DNA of 64,000 nucleotides from a virus: IMG/VR virus record IMGVR_UViG_2929327430_000008, positions 3,805 to 67,804 of that record; one strand, 5' to 3'. Shown piece by piece: positions 29,699 to 38,979 of this stretch (position 1 is its first letter; each line of letters starts with the position of its first letter). The notes under the pieces were generated by a model. It saw only the letters and a program-made list of their open reading frames with translations, ran no database searches and was not told where the DNA came from. The position numbers and the translations under genes were made by a program.

Positions 29699-29726
29699 GC
29701 CATTTGCGCTCCAAGAGTTTCTTGGG

Positions 29727-30134
29727 TCACCAACTGACGGCCCATAATGCGCCTTCGTAGGTTTGGCACTCTCCACTCCCGTGCCCAGCGGTGGTGCTTT
29801 GCCCTCGGCAAAGAATTTGAGTTTTTGGCCCAGTTGCGACGAACTGGACGGGGCCGTCGCTGATGATGAGCGCGGAGGCGGAATGCCCGCCGGAGAAAGC
29901 AAAGCCCTGGGTCGCCCCGAAAGCGACACGATAGTTCCCGGCCAAAACCTCACCGTCCGCCATCGTGATGGTCACGGGCCCGCTGCCTATCCCGGTGCGC
30001 ACGAAATCGACCCTCACCGGGCCAAGCCGTTTGGCGGCATCATTAAGGGGGAACGTGTCGGCAGTGTCGTTGCAGCCCGAGAGGAGAGTGGCCAAGAATG
30101 CGTAAGCCAGTAATCTTGTTGCAATTTTTTGCAT
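29727..30134 (-). CDS. Putative lipoprotein
   Basis: MQKIATRLLAYAFLATLLSG-C lipobox; C-terminal LC.G.....HGSGECQ. Confidence 0.72.
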   Translation of the reverse strand: MQKIATRLLAYAFLATLLSGCNDTADTFPLNDAAKRLGPVRVDFVRTGIGSGPVTITMADGEVLAGNYRVAFGATQGFAFSGGHSASALIISDGPVQFVATGPKTQILCRGQSTTAGHGSGECQTYEGALWAVSW

Positions 30135-30243
30135 AGAAACTGCCTCACGACTCAAATCAACAAGTCGAGCTTAGCGCGAGCAAAGCGGCAATACTACAGC
30201 CTCTGAACCTGTGCACCGACGAGCCGAGTTCGTACAGTACCGC

Positions 30244-30825
30244 TCATGACGCCGGATCGCGCTTAACCTCCGCCGATTCTTTCTCCTGCGCCGCTGAGAC
30301 ATTCGCCCGCGTTCGCATCAGGAAATTCGCCAGCGCTTTCGCCAGCTTCTCGTCGCTGACGTCCTTGGTCTGGATCGGGCCGCCGTCCGGGCCGGAATGC
30401 TCGACCTGCTGACGGTCGCCGTACTTCTTCGGCAGAAGCTTCGCGATCATCCACCGGCGCGCATCGATCTGCAGGCGGCGGTGCTCGATCATGTCGGTTT
30501 CGGTCGTCTCTACCTTGCCGTCTTTTTTCACGCGCTTCACGCCTTTTTTCGGCGTGTCGGCGATGTCAAGGATTTCATCGAACATGACGTGCGACTGAAT
30601 CTCGCGAGCGAGCATATACTGCTTCTGGAAATCCTCCGACGCGGCGAGCCAGCGGAACACGGTCGATACAGTCGGCATGTCATCGCCGGCGCAGGCTGCC
30701 TTGAGGCTCTTCCCCTCGGCAAGGCGCTCGCAGATCACCGTGCAGATTTCCTGGCTGAACGCTGACGGCCGGCCCGGCTTCATGCTGCCTGTTTTCGCCC
30801 GGCCAGTGGTTTTTTTCGGCGGCAT
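30244..30825 (-). CDS. terS: Terminase small subunit of the element (Sf6/P22-like pac type)
   Basis: GRPSAFSQEI...ICERLAEGKSL...TVFRWL...FQKQY..ARE...RLQIDARRW...KLLPKKYGD...HSGPDGGPI. Confidence 0.9.
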   Translation of the reverse strand: MPPKKTTGRAKTGSMKPGRPSAFSQEICTVICERLAEGKSLKAACAGDDMPTVSTVFRWLAASEDFQKQYMLAREIQSHVMFDEILDIADTPKKGVKRVKKDGKVETTETDMIEHRRLQIDARRWMIAKLLPKKYGDRQQVEHSGPDGGPIQTKDVSDEKLAKALANFLMRTRANVSAAQEKESAEVKRDPAS

Positions 30826-30928
30826 TGAAAGTCAAACTCCTTCGGACCAGGCGCGATGGCGCGAGCGGGCGGACCAGCATATGATCCGGCGCGAGCGTAG
30901 GTGAACGCACCACACCAAGGGGATTAGA

Positions 30929-31108
30929 ATGGGAAAGCTCTCCATCGCGATCGCTTTATTCCTCGCGGTCATGATCGGCCTGGAGCACCTTTCGAAATGG
31001 CTGATCACCGGGATCAGCCGGGACTTCGGCGATGGTGTCTTCGTCGGCTTCGTCCTAGCTGCCTCAGCGCTCGCACTCGCCGAGAAGGTCAACCCGAAAC
31101 GACGCTGA
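30929..31108 (+). CDS. 59-aa two-helix membrane protein
   Basis: AAGGGG then ATG: MGKLSIAIALFLAVMIGLEHLSKWLITGISRDFGDGVFVGFVLAASALALAEKVNPKRR*. Below the ORF-track cutoff; convergent with the large ejection gene. Confidence 0.6.
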   Translation: MGKLSIAIALFLAVMIGLEHLSKWLITGISRDFGDGVFVGFVLAASALALAEKVNPKRR

Positions 31109-31115
31109 CGCCGCA

Positions 31116-34100
31116 TCACGGCGCCTGCATTGCGTTCCGGCGGTCGCCGAGTTGCCGAACAAGAAGGTTTGTCCCAGCTTCACCGGCATTGGACAGCGCG
31201 TTAAGGGCGCTCCTCGCGCGCGCCGCGCGCCCAACTTCCCTCAAGAACTGATCCTGCAGCGCACCCGTCGCCGAAAGCCCGCGCGCGGTGCCTTCCGTCA
31301 GGCGGCTCAGAGCCGCGTCGGTCATCGCGTTGCGCATCCCATGGAAGGCCCTCGACCCCAGTGCGGCGGCCAGTGCGCCCGGGCCGCCGGCGGCAGCTTC
31401 ACCAACAAGGGTTGGGACAACATCGAGCGGCCCCCCGGCCTGCCCCGGCCGATATTTGGCCTGCACCGCCTGCCGTTCCGCCGTCGCCGAGTTCTGCGCC
31501 ACGCGTTGTTCCGTGGCGCGCATCCGCAGCTCGTTGTCGAGCGCATCGAACAGCTTCCCCGCATTCGGGAACATGGCCTCGAGCTTTTCGCGATTGGCTG
31601 TCGATTTGGCGAACAAACTGCGCGCCGCCGAGACGTCGCCCTGCCGCGCTGAGGTGATCGCCTGTTCGATGGCCTGGCGCGCGCCTTGGCGCGCCGCCTC
31701 CTGCTCAGCAGGCGAGGCCTTCGACAGCCAGGAGCGCCAGGCGTCGGGCGCGTCATGGACGCCAGCGACGCCCTCGCGCGCCTTGAACAGGTCCATGCCT
31801 TTGCTGAAAGCCTGCCCAACCGGGTCTTCGTATTTGAAGTTCAGGCGTTCCGTCAGCTTCCCCGCCTCGTCCTTGCCGAGGATCGCGGCGAGCTTCTGCT
31901 GGTTCACTTCCTTGTTGGAGAGCGCGGCGGCCTTCGCCTCCGGACTGGATGCGGCAGCCATCTGCTGTTCGAACGCGGAGCGGGCGCCCAGCTTCGCGGC
32001 CTCGCGCTCGCCCTCTGATGCCCCCTTGAGCCAACTTTCCAGCGCGCCGGGCGTCGAGTTGACGCCGGACGGTCCAGAGCGGTTCGAGAAGATTGACAGG
32101 CCGCGGTTGAAGGCCTCATGCGTCTGTGTCGGGCCCGCCCAGGACGCGCGCGCCGCCGCATAATCTGGATTGGCCTTGTCGAGTTCCGAGAGGAACGACC
32201 GGCGAACCTGATCGATCGCGCGGCCCTCCTCTGACAACCGGCCGGTGACCGAATCCTTGGCGGCTTCGACCATGGAGTCGAGGCCTTTCTTCGCGACATT
32301 CAATGTCCGCATGTTCGGAACACTGCCGACAATGGGATTGCCCGCTTCATCCTGCCCGACAATGGCGTATTCCGTCGGATCGAACGGCTTGCCTTCCGCC
32401 AGCGACTCCAGCCGCTGAATGCGAGCGCCCTTCGCCAGCCCGGCTTGCATGATCGGATCGTCGAGGAACTGCTGAATGCGCGGGTTCCAGACGGCGCCGG
32501 GCGCATTGGCGGAGCCGTCGGCCTGCGCCTGCTGCAGTCGAGCGCGGATAGCCTCTTTGTTCGCGTTGGCCGCGGCAGCTGCCTTCTCGGCTTGCGCTAC
32601 AGCAGCATCAGCCTGCCTGCTGGCCTCCAGCGCCGAATTGTTCGCGTAGACGTTCTCGCCGGCGCGCGACACCTGCGCACGCGCCAGGAGCTGCTGCTGC
32701 TGCGCCGCCGCGAGGTCTTTGGCCGCCTTCGATGACGCATCGGCAGCGTCGGAAAAGGCCGCCTGAAACTGATGCTCCAACGGCGCCATGCTGCCGCCCT
32801 GCATCGCTTTTTCGTAAAGCGGTTGCGCGGCGGCCGAGCGCGTCGCCACCATGGATTGAAGTTCGGCGTGAGGATCCTTGGCGGCGCCCATTGAGGCGTC
32901 GAGCGCAGCGCGCGCAGCGTCCTTATCGGTCGTCATCGCGCCTTCGCGCGCGCGGATGTCCGCCAGGATTTTCTCAGCGTCGGGCTTCGGCCCAAGCGTT
33001 TCCGTGACAGCCTGCGACATGCGGTCATCTGCGCCGGCGGCGCGCTGCGCCATCGCACCTTTCAGGATCGACGTCGGCTTTCCGCCTAGCGCGGCCAGCG
33101 CCCCCGCTTCCGTGGTCAGGGAGGGATCGATATCGGCCAAGGTCGCATGCGGCCCGATCCGGTCGAGCGCCGCGCGCGCTTCGTCGGGCGTCATGCCGAT
33201 GTCGGAGAGCACGTTGGCGACATTCTGCCCGGCCGGCGTGACACGCGAAAGAGCATTGACGGTCTTGCCGACCGCGGCCCCGGCCAACGGGAGGCCTGCA
33301 CCAACACCAGCGCCCACCAGCGCGCCTTTCTCCACGGTCGAGATGTCCCAGTTCAAGGGGTTGAAGCCTCCCGATTGCATCCCGGCGCCAGCACCGCCGA
33401 TGGCCGCCCCGCCGACCCCGCCGGCCAGAGCGTTGCCCACGAGCGAACCGCCCATCCCTGCCGCATTGACACCAGCACCGACCAGGCGGCCAGCCGCCGG
33501 CCCCAGCATGCCGAGCACGCCGCCTCTTTCGGCGCCTTCCTGCATGGCGTTGCGGTCCCAGCCGTTGCGCGCACCTCCGTCGGCGCCGCCGAGCACCGCG
33601 CCGCCGCCAGTGCTGCGGAGGGCATTGACGGCAAGGCCGCCCTCGCCAAGGCCGAAAGCGGCTGGCGCGGCGGCCATGAGAGGCGCCGTGCCGACAATGC
33701 CGCCTGCAACCTGCCCGGCGGCGTTCGTGTTGGGGAACGCCTCCTCTGAGCTCTGCAAAAGGTTCTGGTTCTGTGCCTTGGCCTGTTCGAGCGCATTGCT
33801 CGGCGCGCCTTCCTGGAGTGCGGAAGACGCCGCCGCGACCTTTTGCGCCCCCGAAAGGAGCGACGGCCCCGCGACAGGAACGCCCTCGACGACGCCGGCG
33901 GCGGCCGACAGCGCTTGCGACGGAGCCGACCCCATCGGTTTGCCGGCGACGATCAGTTCGCCGCTCTGCGGGTCGAACCCGCCCTGGTCGTTCCAGAGCA
34001 AACCGTTCGGCCCCGGCTTCGCGTCGGCAGGGATAGCGCGCATGACCGGTTCGGCCTTGGGCGCGGACGACGGGGCTGCTGCCGCGCCAAAATAGGTTCG

Positions 34101-34802
34101 CATCAGGGCATCATCCACCGGCGCAGCGTCGGCTGGCGCGATGGATTTCGGCGCCGGCGGCGCGGCCTTCTGCCCCGTTCCGAAATACATGCCCATCAGA
34201 TCGTCTTCAGACGCGCTCTTCGCAGGTGCGGATTTCACATTGCTGACGCCTCCCGCAGGCGGCAAGCTTTGGCCGCTCTGGCCATGCGCGCGTTGGTATG
34301 TCCCCCAAGCGTCGAGAGGGGGATCGACAGGCGCAGCTTTGCTGGCGGCGGTCTGCGACAGCCCCGGCTGATAGCTCGCAACGCCCTCGGGCGCGTAGAA
34401 AAGACTTTGCCCGAGATTCTGCCCTTGCCCTTGCGCCCAAGACGGCGGCTGTCGGCCGAGTGCAGCCTGTGCTTTGGGGGCATAGAAATGCGTGGCACCG
34501 CCGGTCATGTCCGGCAGATCGCCGCCGGCGACGGCGTCGAAAATGCGCGCAGCCTGCTGATAGCGGCGATCGTTCGGCGAAATCGACAGCAACTCGTTCG
34601 CGCGATGCGTCCACGGCTCAAACTGGTTGGGCGCGAGGATCACCGCCGCGAGCGAGTCTCCGAAGCGGCCGCTCTGCAACCGGTTCAGCATCACAGAACC
34701 GACGCCCGCCTGCCCGCTCGGTGAGCCTTCCTCACCAATCATGGTGCGAATCGCCAGGTCGCGTTCTTCCGGCGAGATTGCGGAAGTGTTGTCACTGCCC
34801 AT
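31116..34802 (-). CDS. Large internal-virion/DNA-ejection-like protein with N-terminal SleB-type cell wall hydrolase
   Basis: RTMIGE...VGSVMLNR...VILAPNQFEPW...TGGATHFYAP (Hydrolase_2 pattern), then Gly/Ala membrane-like repeats and a long helical body (NPDYAAARASWAG). Confidence 0.75.
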   Translation of the reverse strand: MGSDNTSAISPEERDLAIRTMIGEEGSPSGQAGVGSVMLNRLQSGRFGDSLAAVILAPNQFEPWTHRANELLSISPNDRRYQQAARIFDAVAGGDLPDMTGGATHFYAPKAQAALGRQPPSWAQGQGQNLGQSLFYAPEGVASYQPGLSQTAASKAAPVDPPLDAWGTYQRAHGQSGQSLPPAGGVSNVKSAPAKSASEDDLMGMYFGTGQKAAPPAPKSIAPADAAPVDDALMRTYFGAAAAPSSAPKAEPVMRAIPADAKPGPNGLLWNDQGGFDPQSGELIVAGKPMGSAPSQALSAAAGVVEGVPVAGPSLLSGAQKVAAASSALQEGAPSNALEQAKAQNQNLLQSSEEAFPNTNAAGQVAGGIVGTAPLMAAAPAAFGLGEGGLAVNALRSTGGGAVLGGADGGARNGWDRNAMQEGAERGGVLGMLGPAAGRLVGAGVNAAGMGGSLVGNALAGGVGGAAIGGAGAGMQSGGFNPLNWDISTVEKGALVGAGVGAGLPLAGAAVGKTVNALSRVTPAGQNVANVLSDIGMTPDEARAALDRIGPHATLADIDPSLTTEAGALAALGGKPTSILKGAMAQRAAGADDRMSQAVTETLGPKPDAEKILADIRAREGAMTTDKDAARAALDASMGAAKDPHAELQSMVATRSAAAQPLYEKAMQGGSMAPLEHQFQAAFSDAADASSKAAKDLAAAQQQQLLARAQVSRAGENVYANNSALEASRQADAAVAQAEKAAAAANANKEAIRARLQQAQADGSANAPGAVWNPRIQQFLDDPIMQAGLAKGARIQRLESLAEGKPFDPTEYAIVGQDEAGNPIVGSVPNMRTLNVAKKGLDSMVEAAKDSVTGRLSEEGRAIDQVRRSFLSELDKANPDYAAARASWAGPTQTHEAFNRGLSIFSNRSGPSGVNSTPGALESWLKGASEGEREAAKLGARSAFEQQMAAASSPEAKAAALSNKEVNQQKLAAILGKDEAGKLTERLNFKYEDPVGQAFSKGMDLFKAREGVAGVHDAPDAWRSWLSKASPAEQEAARQGARQAIEQAITSARQGDVSAARSLFAKSTANREKLEAMFPNAGKLFDALDNELRMRATEQRVAQNSATAERQAVQAKYRPGQAGGPLDVVPTLVGEAAAGGPGALAAALGSRAFHGMRNAMTDAALSRLTEGTARGLSATGALQDQFLREVGRAARARSALNALSNAGEAGTNLLVRQLGDRRNAMQAP

Positions 34803-36126
34803 TGCTGCCTCCTTGCGGCGGTGCGATCAGCCCGGCGTCGTGGGCGATCTTTAGGGATCGCGCGAATTTCTGGTAAGCTGGGCTGTTCTTGTCGCCCAGG
34901 CTCTTGATCAGGTCGGCTTTCTCCTGATCGGTCATGCCGTTCAGCGCAAAGGCGCGAGGATCGGTCGACTGGTAATGAGTCGACTTGTAATCCAGATATC
35001 CAGCGCCCTTTGCCGGGTTCGTCGCCAAGTCCGGGTTCGCCTGCTTGAACGCCAGCGGCGCGGCCGCGTCCTGCTTTTCCTGGCCGATCTGGTTCAGGAT
35101 CAAATTGACGTTCGCCGGCTTCGACAAGAACATGCCGGGGTTGGACTGGAACGATGCCGCCATAGCCTCGTTCGAACGCGAAGCGCCCGGCGTGAACAAG
35201 GCATTTTGCGCCAACTTCTTGGCGGTCTCTTCCCGAAGAGCAACCATGTTGGCGGCGTTCGAGCTCGGATCGATCAGGCCGAACGTCTGGAGGCCGGCGC
35301 GCAGCCTGTAGATGTCCTGCGATCCGGGGCCGAAGTTTTCGGTGGAGAGTTGGCGCAGAAGCGGCAAAGCCTGCTCGAGCGGGCGCACGGCGGCGAGGCG
35401 CGCCGCTGCCCCGCTCTGATCGGCGACATAGGCGTCTTGGCTCGCCTTCATCGCGCCCCCGACGCCGGGCGGTAGATCCGTGGGCGTCGTAGGATTGCCA
35501 TAGCCGACGGCGCCAAGTGACGTTTGCTGCGGCGCCCCTGTCGTTTGGTCCGGCGGGGCGTTGATACGCGAAGCGGCGCCGCCCGGCCCCAACGCAATCG
35601 AGTTCATGTTGGCGATCTGTCGCCGGAACAACTTTGGATCACTCGACAACCCGCCGAGCCAACCATTCACCACACTCGACGGCACGCCGAGGCGAAGAAG
35701 GTTCGGCGCGATGTTCAGAGCGTCGTCCTTGGTTGCGTTCGGGTTTTGCGCAAGCGGTCCGATGGTCGATAGGACCTTGTCATTTTGCGCGGCCATGATG
35801 TCGAACTGCTTGCCGCGCGCGTCAAGAATACTCCTCAGCCCTTCTGCAGCTGCAATCGACGCCGATGGATTGTTCTTCAACGCATTCATGGCCGAAACGT
35901 GATCGAACGTCCCATCATCTCCGATGGCGCCTTGAAACGCGTTGCCCACAGCCCTCTGTGCGTCCATGCGCTGGGCTTCAAACATCATCTGCTGTTGCTG
36001 GGCCTGCATATGCTGGATTTGCGCCATGGTCTGAATCATGTCGTGCCCAGCGAACGCGTTTTGTGAAGGTTGCGGCGGCTGCGGATACAGGCTCGCGATT
36101 GGGTTTCCCCCCGGAATGTCAGGCAT
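34792..36126 (-). CDS. Putative DNA-ejection (pilot) protein
   Basis: ATG at 36126. Gln/Ala-rich helical protein overlapping the large hydrolase-bearing gene, as in podovirus ejection operons. Confidence 0.55.
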   Translation of the reverse strand: MPDIPGGNPIASLYPQPPQPSQNAFAGHDMIQTMAQIQHMQAQQQQMMFEAQRMDAQRAVGNAFQGAIGDDGTFDHVSAMNALKNNPSASIAAAEGLRSILDARGKQFDIMAAQNDKVLSTIGPLAQNPNATKDDALNIAPNLLRLGVPSSVVNGWLGGLSSDPKLFRRQIANMNSIALGPGGAASRINAPPDQTTGAPQQTSLGAVGYGNPTTPTDLPPGVGGAMKASQDAYVADQSGAAARLAAVRPLEQALPLLRQLSTENFGPGSQDIYRLRAGLQTFGLIDPSSNAANMVALREETAKKLAQNALFTPGASRSNEAMAASFQSNPGMFLSKPANVNLILNQIGQEKQDAAAPLAFKQANPDLATNPAKGAGYLDYKSTHYQSTDPRAFALNGMTDQEKADLIKSLGDKNSPAYQKFARSLKIAHDAGLIAPPQGGSNGQ

Positions 36127-36643
36127 TGCGCGCGCCCCTATACTGATTAGCAAGTTGCGTGATGGCGTTCATGTGGTCGCTCTCGTCCGGCGGAGTGGAG
36201 TCGACATCTTGACCAAGAAAGCCGGACTGGTGATGAGAGAGGACAGCCTCAGAACCGGTCACGATCATAATGAGGTGCTGCTCGAGCCACTTTTTCTGAT
36301 CAAACGCACGGTCAGGGAAATCGGAGAGCAGGGAGACGGCCTGCACGGGCGTTAGATTGCTTGTTGCGACAAGTTTTGACGCGGCGTCGATCGCCTTGGA
36401 TTTCAGGTCGGATTTGCCCACGGACGGGTCGTCCAGAAGCGACATGAGCGCATCTTGGATCGCGCTGAAATGCCGAAGTGCGGCGACGGTCTGCTGATGG
36501 TTGGGGGGCGCAACCTGCTGAGCAGGCGCCGCAGATTGCTCTTCCGCCTGTTGCGGCAGAGCCAGCGCGTTGCTGTCCGGCGTTTCGCCGGCGCCAGGGT
36601 TCGGCGGCGGAGGCGGGCCCATGGAAAGTGCGTTCGACATCAT
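36119..36643 (-). CDS. Hypothetical protein in the ejection operon
   Basis: ATG at 36643 after AAAGGTG; overlaps the next gene. Confidence 0.6.
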   Translation of the reverse strand: MMSNALSMGPPPPPNPGAGETPDSNALALPQQAEEQSAAPAQQVAPPNHQQTVAALRHFSAIQDALMSLLDDPSVGKSDLKSKAIDAASKLVATSNLTPVQAVSLLSDFPDRAFDQKKWLEQHLIMIVTGSEAVLSHHQSGFLGQDVDSTPPDESDHMNAITQLANQYRGARNA

Positions 36644-36644
36644 G

Positions 36645-37007
36645 TCACCTTTCGTTCGCCATCCGGCATTCTCTGGCCTCGCCGAAAGCCGCCGCATGAC
36701 GAGTCAAGGCCAGGACCGCTGCGGCGTCCGTCGCCTTCAGCGCGGTTTCCAGCCATTCACGCTGGTTGTGGGGTTCGGCGGGAAAGTCACCGAACACCTC
36801 CTCGATGTCATCCGCGGTGACTTCGCCGGTGGCGCGCATCCGGCTCCGCGCTTCGGTGAGCAGCACGCTCAAATCGAACTGTCCGAGCAATGGGTGCTTC
36901 AAGAGGGCGACTATTTCCGGTTCGGCGACATGGCACCTCCGAAGCACCGCAACAGTCTGGTCATTGTCGGGCGCGTCCGGAACTCGAGCTTGCGAGATCA
37001 TCCGCAC
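36645..37007 (-). CDS. Hypothetical protein, distant paralogue of 36119-36643
   Basis: QTVAVLRR...LLKHPLLGQFDL...GDFP.....QREWLE parallels QTVAALRH...LLDDPSVGKSDL...SDFP.....QKKWLE. Confidence 0.6.
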   Translation of the reverse strand: MRMISQARVPDAPDNDQTVAVLRRCHVAEPEIVALLKHPLLGQFDLSVLLTEARSRMRATGEVTADDIEEVFGDFPAEPHNQREWLETALKATDAAAVLALTRHAAAFGEARECRMANER

Positions 37008-37213
37008 GCTCCGGGCGCCTGGCTTGCACCGCCAGCCATCGCTGCGACTGCGACGTCCGGCCGGCCCTGAAGCTTGCCGATTGCATCCTCAAGCAGAATG
37101 CGGCTGACGCTGGAAACCGAGCGACGATCAGCGGCCGCCATGGCCGCCAGCACTCGCTGCGTTTCGGCCGTGCACCTGATCGTGATCACGACATCGAGTC
37201 GTTCCGCTGCCAT
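36998..37213 (-). CDS. Ribbon-helix-helix (Arc/CopG-like) DNA-binding protein
   Basis: VITIRC.......LAAMAAADRRSVSSVSRILLEDAI. Confidence 0.7.
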   Translation of the reverse strand: MAAERLDVVITIRCTAETQRVLAAMAAADRRSVSSVSRILLEDAIGKLQGRPDVAVAAMAGGASQAPGACG

Positions 37214-37604
37214 GCGAAAAGCTCCGATCCGTGCGCCTTCAAGGCGCGCAAGTTTTTGGATTGCGGCGAATGCCGCGGCTCATGTCCGGTCCCTAGTCGA
37301 ACGACTTAACGGGCGGGCTTTTGGCCCCACATGCATTGACGCGGCGCGGCGCGGGTTCTTTACCAGGCAGATGGACCGGGGCGCCGCTCCATCCCGCATT
37401 CATCGACCGCCGCCGATGAAGGAACGAACAATGTATACGCCCAAATCGGGCCAACGGAAAGTGGAGCGTCGTACGATGACCGCGCCGGCCTGGAGGGCGA
37501 GGTGTCAAAAGTTGTTCGCCGCCCCTCGCGTGCATATTGATGCACGGTTTTGCTTGATCGATCACGCGATTTCGTGCATAAAAATGCACAAAAAGGGCGC
37601 ATGA

Positions 37605-37799
37605 ATGCCAAAGGTGGAAACCAACACCCGCAAGATCATCGCCCGGTTGGAAGCAGAAGGGTGGAAAAATATCGGCGGCGGCAGCCACGACCGTTTCGTC
37701 CACGACGACCATGATGGCGTCATGATCCCGGTTCCACGCCATCGCGAATTGTCGCCTGGAACGGCGCGCTCGATCGCCAAGGCGGCAGGTTGGCTCTGA
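37605..37799 (+). CDS. hicA: HicA family toxin
   Basis: KIIARLEAEGW...GGSHDRF...VPRHRELSPGTARSIAKAAG. Confidence 0.92.
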   Translation: MPKVETNTRKIIARLEAEGWKNIGGGSHDRFVHDDHDGVMIPVPRHRELSPGTARSIAKAAGWL

Positions 37800-37827
37800 T
37801 CCGCAGCTAGCTCAAGGAGGAGCGAAG

Positions 37828-38223
37828 ATGTTGCATTACGTCGGAATTCTCGACGGCGCCAATGATGTCTGGGGCGTGCGCATCGCCGACATTGATGGTT
37901 GCGTCGGCGGCGGCTCGACTCCAGAAGCCGCCCTGGCGGACGCGATCACGGCTTTGCGCGACGTCGTGGCCCACAAGAAAAGCGGCGGTCATCCCGTCCC
38001 CAGTCCCTCGTCTGTTGCCGATGTACTCGCGCGTGGCGAGATCGGCGAAGGCGAAACCGCCGTTATGGTTCCGCTTGTCCTCGACGCGGGGCGCAACGTG
38101 CGCGCCAATCTCACCATAGACGCCGGCCTGTTGGAGGCAATCGACGAGGCGGCCGAAAGGAGCGGGATCACCCGGTCTGCTTATGTCGCAAGCGCAGCCC
38201 GCGAAAAACTGATGCGCGCCTAA
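37828..38223 (+). CDS. hicB: HicB family antitoxin
   Basis: WGVRIADIDGCVGGGST.EAAL; C-terminal RANLTIDAGLLEAIDEAA...TRSAY RHH domain. Confidence 0.92.
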   Translation: MLHYVGILDGANDVWGVRIADIDGCVGGGSTPEAALADAITALRDVVAHKKSGGHPVPSPSSVADVLARGEIGEGETAVMVPLVLDAGRNVRANLTIDAGLLEAIDEAAERSGITRSAYVASAAREKLMRA

Positions 38224-38359
38224 ACCTCGTTACGAGACAGCCCGGCGCAATGCCGGCCGGGCTGAAAAGCGCACCGGCATTTTCGGCGATCATTTCGCCT
38301 GAAACCGCCGATGGACCTCGGCGCCTCGCGCGCGCGTTATCTGTCGCAGAACCACGAAA

Positions 38360-38560
38360 TCACCGCTCCGGACCGCCCCACAGGATCATGGCCGCGAACG
38401 GCGCGACGAGGGCCGGCAGCCACGCCGTCTGGACGGCGGCCTTCGCCTCCTCGATGCTTCCCGCGAACAAATGCCACCCGAGCAACGTGCCCGCGACGAC
38501 GCACCCTGCCAACACGGCTCCCGCGACTGTCTTGATCATTTTCCACCTGTCGAGTTCCAT
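38360..38560 (-). CDS. Small membrane protein
   Basis: MELDRWKMIK followed by two hydrophobic segments; start inferred. Confidence 0.4.
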   Translation of the reverse strand: MELDRWKMIKTVAGAVLAGCVVAGTLLGWHLFAGSIEEAKAAVQTAWLPALVAPFAAMILWGGPER

Positions 38561-38866
38561 CAGGGCGTTCCCCTGACTCGACAACTCATTCTGGGAAAAG
38601 GCCAGCAACGAGCAAGCCGGTCTCCGAAAAAAACATCTCCCCCCTTGCAGGCTGATCGGGGCGCCGCTCCAACCTCACGGACCCCGCTCTCTCCGGGTTG
38701 ACCGGCGGCGGCGCATGAGCGCCGCGCGGAGCCGGGCAGTCGGCGCGCGCTCAGGCGTGTTGGTGTTCATTCTGTCTGCCGACACGGTCAGTCGTTTGTA
38801 CCGCTCGAACTCAGATCGCCGGGCCAAATCGGGTGCGCTCCGCGATCATAATCGCGGGGAAGTCGA

Positions 38867-38971
38867 GTGACGGCTGTGACGGCTGTGACGGCTTTTTCTA
38901 TTTTGCCCCATACGCGCGCACGTGAGAGATAATATAGAACTGGCGTCACAGCCGTCACAGGTGTCACGGCT
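38867..38971. repeat. Inverted 9-bp iteron arrays, putative replication origin
   Basis: GTGACGGCT x3 (38867-38893), an AT-richer spacer, then GTCACAGCC/GTCACAGGT/GTCACGGCT (38945-38971), directly downstream of the D5 helicase gene. Confidence 0.8.
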
Positions 38972-38979
38972 ATCCGGTT

